From assembly GCA_038065395.1 (NCBI GenBank), contig JBBTRB010000004.1:70042-134041 (forward strand): 64,000 nucleotides of DNA, given 5' to 3'. Source of the stretch: Patescibacteria group bacterium. Lineage in GTDB: Bacteria; Patescibacteriota; Minisyncoccia; Phycocordibacterales; PALSA-1337. The notes below the pieces were generated by a model. That model had not been told where the DNA came from, searched no databases, and saw only the letters and a list, made by a program, of their open reading frames with translations. The stretch's first letter is position 1, and each line of letters opens with the position of its first letter. Made by a program: the position numbers and the translations under genes. Positions 1 to 9,452 of the stretch are shown in pieces.

Positions 1-1911
1 CGATCCAAGGTCAAAGTTTCTGCACCTCATACTCCGAAATACGCTCGCTTCGAAGGTAAGCTATTCGAAACTACTGTTGGTCGTATTCTCCTCAACAACA
101 TCCTTCCTGAAGATTATCCATTCATCAATGAAGAAGTCGGTCGCAAGCGTCTCGGTATCGTGATCGACGATATGATCAACCTCCACGGTTCAGAGAAAGT
201 TGCTCCGATCCTCGACCGCGTCAAGAAGTTCGGTTTCGGCTACGCTACCTACTCGGGTACCACATGGGGCATCGATGATATCAAGATCCCTGAAGCCAAA
301 GGCGAGATCGTCGCTCGTGGCAAAGAACAGGCACATCTCGTTACCAAGCAGTTCGAAGAAGGACTCCTCACCGAAGAAGAGCGCATTCGCAAGCACATCG
401 AAATCTGGCAGAAGTCCAAGGGAGAAGTCGAAAAGGCTATTCCTGCATCACTCGACAAGACTGGTTCTGTCTATGACATGATCACTTCAGGTGCTCGCGG
501 ATCGATGTCTCAGATCACTCAAATGGCCGGTATGAAAGGTCTTATCTCCTCAGTTTCAGGAGAGACGATCGAGTTCCCGATCCTTTCATGTGCAAAGGAA
601 GGTTTGACTCCGATCGAATACTTCATCACGACTCACGGATCACGTAAGGGTCTCACTGACACTGCGCTCAACACAGCGAAGGCGGGATACCTCACTCGTA
701 AGTTGTTCGTGGTCGCTCAGGATGTCGTCGTATCAGAAACAGATTGTGGTACCAAAGAGGGCATCGTCATCCACAAACAGAGTGCTTCAGGAATGAACAT
801 TCCATTGTCCAAGAACATCCGTGGCCGACTCCTCGCTGAAGATATCAAGGATGCAGCAGGAACAGTCATGTTCAAGAAGGGTCACCTCGTCTCCAAGGCC
901 GACGCAACTCATATCGAAGAGTCAGGTATCGAGCATGTAAACGTCCGCTCACCACTCTCATGCAAAACCGTTCGTGGTGTGTGTACAAAGTGTTATGGTC
1001 TCGATCTCGGTAAGAATGCACTGGTCAATCTCGGCGAAGCCGTAGGAACTGTCGCTGCTCAAGCGATCGGTGAACCAGGAACACAGCTGACCATGCGTAC
1101 CTTCCACGCCGGAGGAACCGCATCACAAGGTGGAGACATTACTGCAGGTCTGCCACGCGTCGAAGAAATCTTCGAAAAGCGTCGTCCTCGCAACCCGGCT
1201 GTTGTTGCATCTGTTGATGGTACCGTCATGTCAGTAGAAGATATGGGTAAAGAAAAGATCATCCGTGTATTGCCAGATCTCGAAGAGGCAGTAGGCAAGA
1301 AGCGCACAGAAGTCGAGTATGTTTTCCCATACCGCCGTACGACTCTCGTTCGTATCGGAGATAAGGTCAAGAAAGGCCAGCTCATCACCGACGGTTCTGC
1401 TGATATCGATGAAGTATATGAGTTTGGTGGCGAAGAGCGTGCCAAGGAATACGTCATCAGTGAAGTTGGTAAGATCTACGAACTCCAAGGCGAGACCGTG
1501 TCACGCAAGCACATCGAGCTCATCGTCAAGCAGATGTTCTCACGTCGCCGCGTCGTCAAGGCAGGGGATACGGATCTCACCGAAGGTATGATCGTCGATG
1601 ACACTTATCTCTTCGAAGAGAATGCAGAGACCAAGGATGCTGGTGGCATGCCTGCAGAGGCCAAGAAGTTGGTCATGGGTATCACCGAAACATCTCTGTC
1701 TCGCAAGAGTTTCCTCTCGGCCGCGTCGTTCCAACACACTACTCGTGTGCTCATCGCCAACTCCGTTCGTGGTGCACAGGACGACCTCACTGGTCTCATG
1801 GAGAACGTCATCATCGGACGTCTGGTCCCTGCTGGTTCTGGATTTGCTGGATCACCGAAGAAAGAGATGGTAGATAGTCTCAAAGCCAACCGAAAGGCGA
1901 TAGAGGAGTAG
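1..1911 (+). CDS. rpoC: RNA polymerase beta' subunit, C-terminal part (5' end outside window)
   Basis: Frame open from base 1; motifs GSRKGLTDTALNTAKAGYLTRKL, AQAIGEPGTQLTMRTFH, DITAGLPRVEEIFE, SFLSAASFQ. Confidence 0.98.
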   Translation, partial: RSKVKVSAPHTPKYARFEGKLFETTVGRILLNNILPEDYPFINEEVGRKRLGIVIDDMINLHGSEKVAPILDRVKKFGFGYATYSGTTWGIDDIKIPEAKGEIVARGKEQAHLVTKQFEEGLLTEEERIRKHIEIWQKSKGEVEKAIPASLDKTGSVYDMITSGARGSMSQITQMAGMKGLISSVSGETIEFPILSCAKEGLTPIEYFITTHGSRKGLTDTALNTAKAGYLTRKLFVVAQDVVVSETDCGTKEGIVIHKQSASGMNIPLSKNIRGRLLAEDIKDAAGTVMFKKGHLVSKADATHIEESGIEHVNVRSPLSCKTVRGVCTKCYGLDLGKNALVNLGEAVGTVAAQAIGEPGTQLTMRTFHAGGTASQGGDITAGLPRVEEIFEKRRPRNPAVVASVDGTVMSVEDMGKEKIIRVLPDLEEAVGKKRTEVEYVFPYRRTTLVRIGDKVKKGQLITDGSADIDEVYEFGGEERAKEYVISEVGKIYELQGETVSRKHIELIVKQMFSRRRVVKAGDTDLTEGMIVDDTYLFEENAETKDAGGMPAEAKKLVMGITETSLSRKSFLSAASFQHTTRVLIANSVRGAQDDLTGLMENVIIGRLVPAGSGFAGSPKKEMVDSLKANRKAIEE

Positions 1912-1986
1912 AATTCAGCTATTCAACTATTGGACAATTAAAAGATTACACAAAAAAGCCTCGACATCCGATCGGGACTTTTTTGT

Positions 1987-2041
1987 TTTTATTGTTTCTT
2001 GAGACTAAATTCATACGGATTTTATCTCGGGCTGTTACTGT
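1987..2041 (+). promoter_or_regulatory. 43-bp operator (copy 1) plus extended -10 TGtTACTGT upstream of mazF-like gene
   Basis: TTTTATTGTTTCTTGAGACTAAATTCATACGGATTTTATCTCG, near-identical to 19745-19787 and 23779-23821. Confidence 0.8.
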
Positions 2042-2047
2042 GGGTAC

Positions 2048-2437
2048 ATGAAGAAAGATTACTCCAAATGGAGTGTGCAGAAAGAGGGTATTAATTCGAT
2101 CGAAACCCGGCCGTTATTTCAGCAACGAGATATATGGTTTTGTGCAATTGGTTGCAATATTGGCTATGAAGAAGATGGTGCTGGTGATGATTTCATACGT
2201 CCAATTGTGGTTGTGTGCAAAATTAATTCGAATATGTGCTGGGTAGTGCCTCTTACAAGAACGAGTAAAGCCAATCAATTCTACTTCAAACTATCGGTAT
2301 TTTCTGAAGGATTCTCAATGGCTATACTATCACAATTACGAATTGTGGATGCAAAAAGACTTTCTCGGAAGATTGGATTTGTACCACAGGACGTTTTTCT
2401 TGAAATGCAAGAAAGGCTCAAAAGATTTCTCTCTTGA
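2048..2437 (+). CDS. PemK/MazF-family toxin (endoribonuclease), no adjacent antitoxin
   Basis: 129 aa; RDIWFCAIGCNIGYEEDG...RPIVVV...VVPLT...AILSQLRIVDAKRL pattern. Confidence 0.85.
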   Translation: MKKDYSKWSVQKEGINSIETRPLFQQRDIWFCAIGCNIGYEEDGAGDDFIRPIVVVCKINSNMCWVVPLTRTSKANQFYFKLSVFSEGFSMAILSQLRIVDAKRLSRKIGFVPQDVFLEMQERLKRFLS

Positions 2438-2603
2438 GCCTTTCTTAAATTTTGTGACCTATCTCTAAGGTGGATAGATGTATACGGATTATTTGTGGGA
2501 ACACCTGCCATTTGCAGGTAGCATTAATCTTAACAGGATTATTTTTGCTGTCAATCTTCTATCGATACTTCATACTTCACACTCCATACGCTATACTTCC
2601 CCC

Positions 2604-4352
2604 ATGAACCGCTCTAACGTCGAAGAGATCAAGAAACGCATCCCCATAGAGGAGCTTTTGGCTTCGTATGTGAAGCTGGAGAAGTCTGGCAAGTCATTCA
2701 AGGCTCGATGTCCGTTTCATAATGAGAAATCAGCATCTTTTTTCGTTTCACCGGAACGGGGAGGATACTATTGTTTTGGCTGTGGTGCTAAGGGTGACAT
2801 ATTCTCTTTCGTCGAGCAGTTCGAGGGGCTCGACTTTCGCGGAGCACTCAAAGTCCTGGCAGAGCGTGCAGGGGTGTCACTTGTCTATGACCAGAAAGCC
2901 GACGGCGAGCGCGACAAGCTCTACGACATCACCGACCAAGCCGCGCGCTACTTTGAAGCATGTTATGCAAAGTCAAAAGAAGCGCAAGACTATGTCACGA
3001 GCCGAGGCATCACCGAGAAGACTCGTGCAGAGTTCCGCATGGGTTGGGCACCGGAAGGGTGGAGTAATCTGTATACATATCTCAAAGGCAAGGGTTGGCA
3101 GGATGCATTGATAGAGAAGGCAGGTCTTGCCAAGAAGGGCGACAAAGGCGACTTCTATGACCGTTTCCGTGGCAGAGTGATGTTCCCGATCTCAGACTCG
3201 AGTGGTAGAGTCATCGCGTTCTCGGGACGCATCCTGAAACCAGATGACAAGTCGGCCAAGTATATCAATAGTCCTGACAGTCCTCTCTATGACAAGTCCT
3301 CTGTCCTCTATGGGCTCGACAAAGCCAAGTCCGAGATACGCCGTCTCAACTACACCATCCTCGTCGAAGGTCAGATGGACCTCGTCATGTCGCATCAGGC
3401 AGATATCAAGAACACCGTGGCTGTCTCGGGTACAGCCATGGCAGAAGACGTCGTCAACAAGGAGGGCATCGTCAACAATCTTGGTCTGATCCGTCGTCTA
3501 TCACCCAACGTGATCATCGCTTTTGATTCTGATGCTGCTGGCAAAAAGGCGGCATTGCGTGCATCGGCTATAGCACTCAGTATCGGCATGGATGTGAAGA
3601 TCGCCGATATCGTCGGTGGCAAAGACCCTGCGGATCTGGTCAAAGAAGATCCAGTGCAGTGGCGTGAGATCCTCCGTAATACAAAACCTGTGATCGAGTT
3701 TGAGCTGACAAATGTTCTCCACGAAGTCACCGACCAACGCAAGCTCCCTCGTGCACTCCAAGATAGAGTCTTTCCTCTAGTTGCCCGTATTGAGAAACAA
3801 ACTGACAAGGATTATTTTGTACAGATGATCGCTGACCGTTCGCATATCAGTGCCAGTGCCATCTGGGACGATATCAGGGTCCTGACGCAACGCTTCTCTG
3901 CAGATGCTTCTGCCACACCGACAGCACAGCCAGTAGCACGCAAGAGTGCGACCGATGTCTCAAAACGTATCGACCTCGTCGAACGTCGCATGTTCGGACT
4001 ACTCGGACTCATGGAGTCAGCCGGAGTTTCTGGTGACTACCGCGAGCGTATCCGTACGATCGCTGGTGCCACCTATGATGACCGTGTGGCACGTATACAA
4101 CCCCTGATGAGTGACGTACTATTCGAGGCTGAGTCTTTCTTCGGTGCTACCCAAGACCGTTGGGGTCTTCATATGCAAGAATTGCTCACTAACTTCGAGG
4201 AAGACATCCTGAGCGAACAGCTCATGTCTGCCATGCAAGACCTCCGTACCGCCGAGAAAGCAGGGGATCATGCTCGTGTCGCAGAGCTTGCCACTGAATG
4301 CCAGCGTTTGTCCCTCCGTAAGGCTGAGGTGCTCAAAAAGAAGAGGGGGTAG
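2604..4352 (+). CDS. dnaG: DNA primase
   Basis: CHC2 zinc finger (CPFHNEKSASF, CFGC), KYINSP, TOPRIM VEGQMD/FDSD; start set to ATG 2604 after TATACT. Confidence 0.97.
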   Translation: MNRSNVEEIKKRIPIEELLASYVKLEKSGKSFKARCPFHNEKSASFFVSPERGGYYCFGCGAKGDIFSFVEQFEGLDFRGALKVLAERAGVSLVYDQKADGERDKLYDITDQAARYFEACYAKSKEAQDYVTSRGITEKTRAEFRMGWAPEGWSNLYTYLKGKGWQDALIEKAGLAKKGDKGDFYDRFRGRVMFPISDSSGRVIAFSGRILKPDDKSAKYINSPDSPLYDKSSVLYGLDKAKSEIRRLNYTILVEGQMDLVMSHQADIKNTVAVSGTAMAEDVVNKEGIVNNLGLIRRLSPNVIIAFDSDAAGKKAALRASAIALSIGMDVKIADIVGGKDPADLVKEDPVQWREILRNTKPVIEFELTNVLHEVTDQRKLPRALQDRVFPLVARIEKQTDKDYFVQMIADRSHISASAIWDDIRVLTQRFSADASATPTAQPVARKSATDVSKRIDLVERRMFGLLGLMESAGVSGDYRERIRTIAGATYDDRVARIQPLMSDVLFEAESFFGATQDRWGLHMQELLTNFEEDILSEQLMSAMQDLRTAEKAGDHARVAELATECQRLSLRKAEVLKKKRG

Positions 4353-4377
4353 TGAACTTTATAGAGAAAAGCTAAAC

Positions 4378-4440
4378 AAAAAACCGCGATAAGCGGATTT
4401 TTTGAAACATACCCTCGGCAGGACCTCCTTCGACAAGATT
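4378..4440 (-). ncRNA. Candidate partner sRNA of module 1
   Basis: TTGACT(4475-4470)-17-TACCAT(4452-4447) promoter; terminator hairpin 4384-4396 with U-run; 5' 14 nt complementary to the loop of 4480-4550. Confidence 0.6.
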
Positions 4441-4479
4441 AATACAATGGTATTCTTGTTGAAATAAAAAGTCAAGTGA

Positions 4480-4550
4480 TGGTGGAGGTGAGGGGAATCG
4501 AACCCCTATGTTTATCTTGTCGAAGGATAACATCCGGCCTTGGCACCCCC
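4480..4550 (-). ncRNA. tRNA(Ala)/tmRNA-TLD-like RNA, module 1 (no D-stem, no canonical anticodon loop)
   Basis: GGGGGUG/CACCUCC acceptor with G3.U70, A73, encoded CCA; T-arm AGGGG-UUCGAUU-CCCCU. Confidence 0.8.
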
Positions 4551-4581
4551 ACGCGGGAAGATATCTATCCTCCGCAGGGTA

Positions 4582-4636
4582 ACCATATCAGGTCGAGATG
4601 AAGAAACGATGAATTTAGGTTAAATTCTTGATAAAA
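4582..4636 (-). promoter_or_regulatory. 43-bp operator variant plus extended -10 TGaTATGGT driving module 1
   Basis: Reverse complement TTTTATCAAGAATTTAACCTAAATTCATCGTTTCTTCATCTCG, 6 nt, then TATGGT. Confidence 0.7.
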
Positions 4637-4726
4637 AACAAAAAAACACACGTATCGAGCCATACCCCTTGCATATCTTGACCCCTTCGTTGTATAATCG
4701 TCAGAACAACTTAGCTTTCTTTTCTC

Positions 4727-5941
4727 ATGGCAAAATCAAAAAAGACGACCAAATCAAAGCCGGCACGTGCTCGCAAGCCTGTGGCAAAATCCGCATCCAA
4801 GCCCAAGAAAAAGACAAAAGGCGTCTCGTCTCGCAAAGCTGCACCCAAGGTCAAAGCCGACCAGAAGAGTTTCGAATACAAGGCGACCAAACTCATCCAA
4901 AAGGGGCGTGATCGTGGTTTCGTCACGTATGACGAGATCCTCAAAGAGTTCCCACAGATCGAGAATGACATCGTCTTCCTCGATGAGCTCTATTCCAAAC
5001 TTTCTACTGCCAACGTCGACGTCCTCGAAGGGGGGGGCCTCCTCGAAGTCGAAGACCTGACCGTCAAGAAACCTTCGGCATATGGAACACGCCACAGTGC
5101 TGACTCTGCCTACGACTCTATCCAGATGTATCTCAAAGAGATCGGTCAATATCCGCTCATTACCGCCGCCAATGAAAAGGAGCTCGCTCGTCGTATCCAA
5201 GCAGGGGATCTCGAAGCCAAGAACCTCCTTGCAAAGGCCAACCTGCGTCTCGTGGTGTCTATCGCCAAGAAATACGTCGGTCGTAGTCCGGATCTGACAC
5301 TCCTCGACCTGATCCAAGAAGGTAACTTGGGACTTTTCCGTGCGGTAGACAAGTTCGACTGGACCAAAGGCTACAAGTTCTCGACTTATGCTACCTGGTG
5401 GATCCGTCAGGCCATCACCCGCGCATTGGCTGACCAGTCTCGCACTATCCGTGTACCGGTACACATGGTAGAGACCATCGCAAAATACAAACAGATGGTA
5501 CGACGTCTCACCCAAGACCTCGGTCGCGAGCCTTTGCCCGACGAGATCGCTACTGAGATGGGTATGGATGTTAGCAAGATCTACCAGATCGAAAAGATCG
5601 AGCAAGACGTCGTGTCGCTCGAAAGTCCTGTTGGAGACGACAGTGAAGATGGCAAGTCCACTCTCCAAGATTTCGTGGCAGATGACAAGATCCTTTCCCC
5701 TGATCAGGAGTCATCACATCGTATCCTCCGCGACCACGTCAACACGATCCTCGACGATCTCTCAGAGAAAGAACGCAAGATCCTCGAGATGCGTCATGGT
5801 CTCAATGACGGTATCACACATACCCTGGAAGAAGTCGGTCGTGAATTTGGAGTCACTCGCGAACGTATCCGTCAGATCGAAGCCAAGGCTCATGAAAAGA
5901 TCCGTCAGCACGACAATATCGATAGGCTCAAGAACTACTAA
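4727..5941 (+). CDS. rpoD: Primary sigma factor RpoD/SigA
   Basis: Region 1.1 plus [56 protein letters not shown]. Confidence 0.98.
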   Translation: MAKSKKTTKSKPARARKPVAKSASKPKKKTKGVSSRKAAPKVKADQKSFEYKATKLIQKGRDRGFVTYDEILKEFPQIENDIVFLDELYSKLSTANVDVLEGGGLLEVEDLTVKKPSAYGTRHSADSAYDSIQMYLKEIGQYPLITAANEKELARRIQAGDLEAKNLLAKANLRLVVSIAKKYVGRSPDLTLLDLIQEGNLGLFRAVDKFDWTKGYKFSTYATWWIRQAITRALADQSRTIRVPVHMVETIAKYKQMVRRLTQDLGREPLPDEIATEMGMDVSKIYQIEKIEQDVVSLESPVGDDSEDGKSTLQDFVADDKILSPDQESSHRILRDHVNTILDDLSEKERKILEMRHGLNDGITHTLEEVGREFGVTRERIRQIEAKAHEKIRQHDNIDRLKNY

Positions 5942-6018
5942 GTTGGATTTCAAATAATACACAATAGAAAAAACCCCTCGCTATACTACGCGTGGGGTTT
6001 TGAGTCTGCAGACTTGGG

Positions 6019-6258
6019 TCACTGGGTCCTGTCGATGCATTCAGGGAGGGCACTTTCTCCGTCTGCATAGACAAGTGCCTGGATACAACTTCCAGTAGAG
6101 TGCTCTTCATTCTGAGTGTGTTCGTTGAGCATGAATCTCGCAATACCGACGCTGTCGGGGAGCAGGGAGTCAGGAGATGTTGGTGATCCGACCGTGGTTA
6201 TACCCAGGAGAACGAATACATTCCCTGGTTTAGTCGTGCGTGGCAATCTGTTTCTCAT
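6019..6258 (-). CDS. Small hypothetical protein
   Basis: 79 aa ATG ORF with GGAAAGGA SD, upstream TTGACT-17-GATACT promoter and downstream hairpin near 5968-6000. Confidence 0.5.
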   Translation of the reverse strand: MRNRLPRTTKPGNVFVLLGITTVGSPTSPDSLLPDSVGIARFMLNEHTQNEEHSTGSCIQALVYADGESALPECIDRTQ

Positions 6259-6376
6259 GCGAATCCTTTCCTTGGTTGGACTTGAAATGAGCGATGTTTT
6301 CTGGAATAGTATCCCTCTTTTTATATATCAAGTCAACCGTTATTGTGTATTGTCTCGGAGTCCTTATAATGAACTC

Positions 6377-9370
6377 ATGTCACTCCCTTCCTCAACTTCT
6401 CCCGTATTCGACCGGGCATATCGAACCCTCAATGCTGCCCAAAAGAAGGCTGTAGATACGATCGAGGGTCCGGTAGTCGTGATCGCAGGTCCAGGTACTG
6501 GTAAGACGACGCTATTGACGCTACGTATCGCAAACATCTTGCGTCTGACCGATACTGCTCCTGACAGTATCCTGGCATTGACCTTCACCGAGTCGGGAGC
6601 TTTTGCGATGCGTCGCAAGCTGCTCGAGACGATAGGTCCTGCGGCGTATCGAGTGGCGATCCATACATTCCACGGGTTTGCCTCGCAGGTGATCGAACAT
6701 CACCAGGATTATTTCCCCCGTATCATCGGTTCGAAGCTCATTACCGAACCAGAACAGATACGGATCATCCAAAAGATCATCGAATCTCGAGACATAGAGA
6801 TGCTCAGACCATTCGGAGATCCAGAGTATTACGTGTCCCCAGTGCTCCGAGAGATACATATTCTCAAGAGAGAGAACATCACTCCGGCAGAGTTAGCACA
6901 GAGTATCGAGGCGGAAGCCTCTCAGGAGGTCAAGCGCTCCGCCACCGAACAGGAGAAATACGAAAAGCGAACTCTCAAAAACAAGGAGCTGGCTCTAGTG
7001 TACGCACGATACGAAAAGGCATTGGCCAAAGAGAAATATTATGACTTCGACGACATGTTGCTCGAGGTCATCCGTATCATGGAGTCACAGCCAGAATTCA
7101 AACTTATCCTACAAGAACAGTACCAGTATATCTTGGCTGATGAACATCAGGATGCCAATGCGGCTCAGAATCGCATATTAGAGCTCCTGTCGGACTTCCA
7201 TGATTCACCCAACCTTTTCATTGTTGGAGATGACAAGCAGGCGATCTATCGATTCCAAGGAGCGTCTCTCGAGAACTTCCTCTATTTTTCTCACAAATAT
7301 CCTGATGCAGTAGTCATCGATCTTGAGCACAACTATCGTTCTCACCAGGTCATACTCGATGCGTCTCATAGTGTGATCACCAACAACCCTGGTATGCCAG
7401 GTAGAACACATGCGAAGCTCATATCTCTCCAAGTCGGTGGGGGACCAGTGCATGTTTCGGAATATATGACAGCAGATGACGAACGTATCGGTGTGATGCA
7501 TGCGATCAAGAAGTTGATCGATGGTGGAGAGAAACATTCCGAAATAGCGATCCTGTATCGCGACAACAAACATTCAGGACCTCTTTCGGACATGCTCCGT
7601 TCGGAAGGTATACCTCATCGAGTCGAATCCGAAACAGATATCATGCACGAAGTCGACGTCGTCAAGATTGTTACATTATGCAAAGCGATCTTCGACCCTT
7701 CGGATGATGCGGTGTTGGCACAAGCGCTCCTCTTGCCAGAACTTGCAGTCGACCCGGCGCATGTCATGGAGATCAGTGAACGTGCCTATCGTGACAAGAA
7801 GCCTCTACATCAGTGTATCAAGTCCTCATCGCGGACAACCTATGCAGACATACACCGTGCCTACGACAAGATCGTCCGCTGGTCACGAGACGCTAACACG
7901 CTCTCATTTACCGTATTTTTGCAGAAGATTATCCAGGAAACAGGCTTCTATACATCGATAGTCGAAGCACCAGACTCACTCGACAGGATGCATGCACTCA
8001 ATGCTTTCTATGAATATATTACTGACGCCTCTCGGTCAATGAAGACCTTCCGTCTCAAAGAGTTTATTGCATATATCACCGTCATCGAGGAACACGGACT
8101 CTCTCGACGCAAAACTCATGGCGAACACACCGTAGGAGTCAGGCTGATGACGGCACATCGGGCCAAAGGTCAAGAATTCAACCATGTATTCATCGTGCAT
8201 GCAGTCGATGGTGTATGGGGGAGTCGTTCTTCTCGTAACCTCTTCCATATACCGGTGATCGAGCATGCTCGTGCCACGGGTCGTATCGATGATGAAAGGA
8301 GACTCTTCTACGTTGCGCTCACTCGTGCACGCGAGACGGTGACTATCAGTTGGGCGCAAGGAGATGGCTCAGAAGGTGCGGTCGCGAGTAGGTTCATCAC
8401 TGAGATAGACCCGAGATGTATGGTCATAGAAAAGAAAGACAAAGGCGTCGCGCATGCAACGCTTCATCGGGTTTTGGGCTCTACTCTCCATCCCTATGCA
8501 GACAAGAACACTCTCCTCAACCCAGAGTTCGTACGTTCGAAATTCCTAGCACAACCACTGTCGGTGACACATCTCAACAACTACATCGAATGTCCCTGGA
8601 GATACTTCTTCGTGAACCTGATCCGCATCCCTCAGGCCGAGAGTAAGCATCAGCTCTATGGAACAGCGATCCATGCAGTATTGCGAACATTCTTTGCGTC
8701 GTATGCACAAGGAGAAGACATGGTCCTCAAACGCATGATCGAGATCTTTCGTGGACAGATAGACATGTTGCCCTTCATGGCTGATGACCGAGAAGACTCC
8801 TTCAAAAAGGGTAAGAAGGCTCTCGAAGGCTATTACAAGACCTATTATCCACACTGGAACCGCGCGGTATTGCTCGAATATGCAGTGCGCGGCACAGAAG
8901 TCTCAGTGGACAAGGATACAGTAGTAACACTGTCGGGTAAGCTCGATAAGATCGAGATCAATACTGATGATTCGGTGACTGTCGTAGACTACAAAACCGG
9001 AAAACCCAAATCCCGTAACCATATCCAGGGTAATGTGTCCTCGGACGCTGGTGGAGAAGGGAACTATTTCCGACAACTGGCTTTCTACAAACTACTGCTC
9101 GATGGTGATACAAAATTCAGGATGAAGTATGGCGAGATCGACTTTGTGGAGCCGAATGATCGCGGTATATACAAAAAAGAAAGATTCGAGATCACGGATA
9201 CAGATATCGAGAAGGTGACCGGAGAGATCGTCTCTATGTCTCGTGCTCTGCTCAGTCTCTCTTTTGTGGGAACAACATGCGATAATAAGAAGTGTGAGTA
9301 TTGCATGCTCGGCAAGATCATATCGCGAGTCAATACAGCCCGTAATTCAACCGAATGGAAACACTTATAA
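6377..9370 (+). CDS. UvrD/PcrA-family helicase fused to C-terminal PD-(D/E)XK nuclease (AddA/AdnAB-like)
   Basis: AGPGTGKT, LADEHQD, GDDKQAIYRFQGA, MTAHRAKGQEF, ERRLFYVALTRA; GKLDKI...VDYKTG; Cys in ECPW and CDNKKCEYC. Confidence 0.93.
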   Translation: MSLPSSTSPVFDRAYRTLNAAQKKAVDTIEGPVVVIAGPGTGKTTLLTLRIANILRLTDTAPDSILALTFTESGAFAMRRKLLETIGPAAYRVAIHTFHGFASQVIEHHQDYFPRIIGSKLITEPEQIRIIQKIIESRDIEMLRPFGDPEYYVSPVLREIHILKRENITPAELAQSIEAEASQEVKRSATEQEKYEKRTLKNKELALVYARYEKALAKEKYYDFDDMLLEVIRIMESQPEFKLILQEQYQYILADEHQDANAAQNRILELLSDFHDSPNLFIVGDDKQAIYRFQGASLENFLYFSHKYPDAVVIDLEHNYRSHQVILDASHSVITNNPGMPGRTHAKLISLQVGGGPVHVSEYMTADDERIGVMHAIKKLIDGGEKHSEIAILYRDNKHSGPLSDMLRSEGIPHRVESETDIMHEVDVVKIVTLCKAIFDPSDDAVLAQALLLPELAVDPAHVMEISERAYRDKKPLHQCIKSSSRTTYADIHRAYDKIVRWSRDANTLSFTVFLQKIIQETGFYTSIVEAPDSLDRMHALNAFYEYITDASRSMKTFRLKEFIAYITVIEEHGLSRRKTHGEHTVGVRLMTAHRAKGQEFNHVFIVHAVDGVWGSRSSRNLFHIPVIEHARATGRIDDERRLFYVALTRARETVTISWAQGDGSEGAVASRFITEIDPRCMVIEKKDKGVAHATLHRVLGSTLHPYADKNTLLNPEFVRSKFLAQPLSVTHLNNYIECPWRYFFVNLIRIPQAESKHQLYGTAIHAVLRTFFASYAQGEDMVLKRMIEIFRGQIDMLPFMADDREDSFKKGKKALEGYYKTYYPHWNRAVLLEYAVRGTEVSVDKDTVVTLSGKLDKIEINTDDSVTVVDYKTGKPKSRNHIQGNVSSDAGGEGNYFRQLAFYKLLLDGDTKFRMKYGEIDFVEPNDRGIYKKERFEITDTDIEKVTGEIVSMSRALLSLSFVGTTCDNKKCEYCMLGKIISRVNTARNSTEWKHL

Positions 9371-9452
9371 TCATTATTATTGTCGCTGCGGTCCTATTCA
9401 AGGCGACACCTAAACCAGAAAAGAAAGGGAAGGGCTAGTTCAGAAGTTGGAA

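Noticed and set aside
4480-4550. Ordinary tRNA-Ala genes or pseudogenes (also 16048-16117, 50235-50305)
   Set aside because: No D-stem or 7-nt anticodon loop. Compensatory stem changes plus a conserved leader, promoter and partner argue against simple decay.
4754-5668. Long antisense ORFs (e.g. 304 aa opposite rpoD, 250 aa at 28277, 227 aa at 34856)
   Set aside because: Shadows of well-supported genes caused by codon bias; no recognisable motifs.
2478-6376. Extended N-termini given by the ORF track for dnaG and the helicase (also def, GIY-YIG, mreC)
   Set aside because: They run through promoters, repeats or other genes; downstream ATGs match the family starts.
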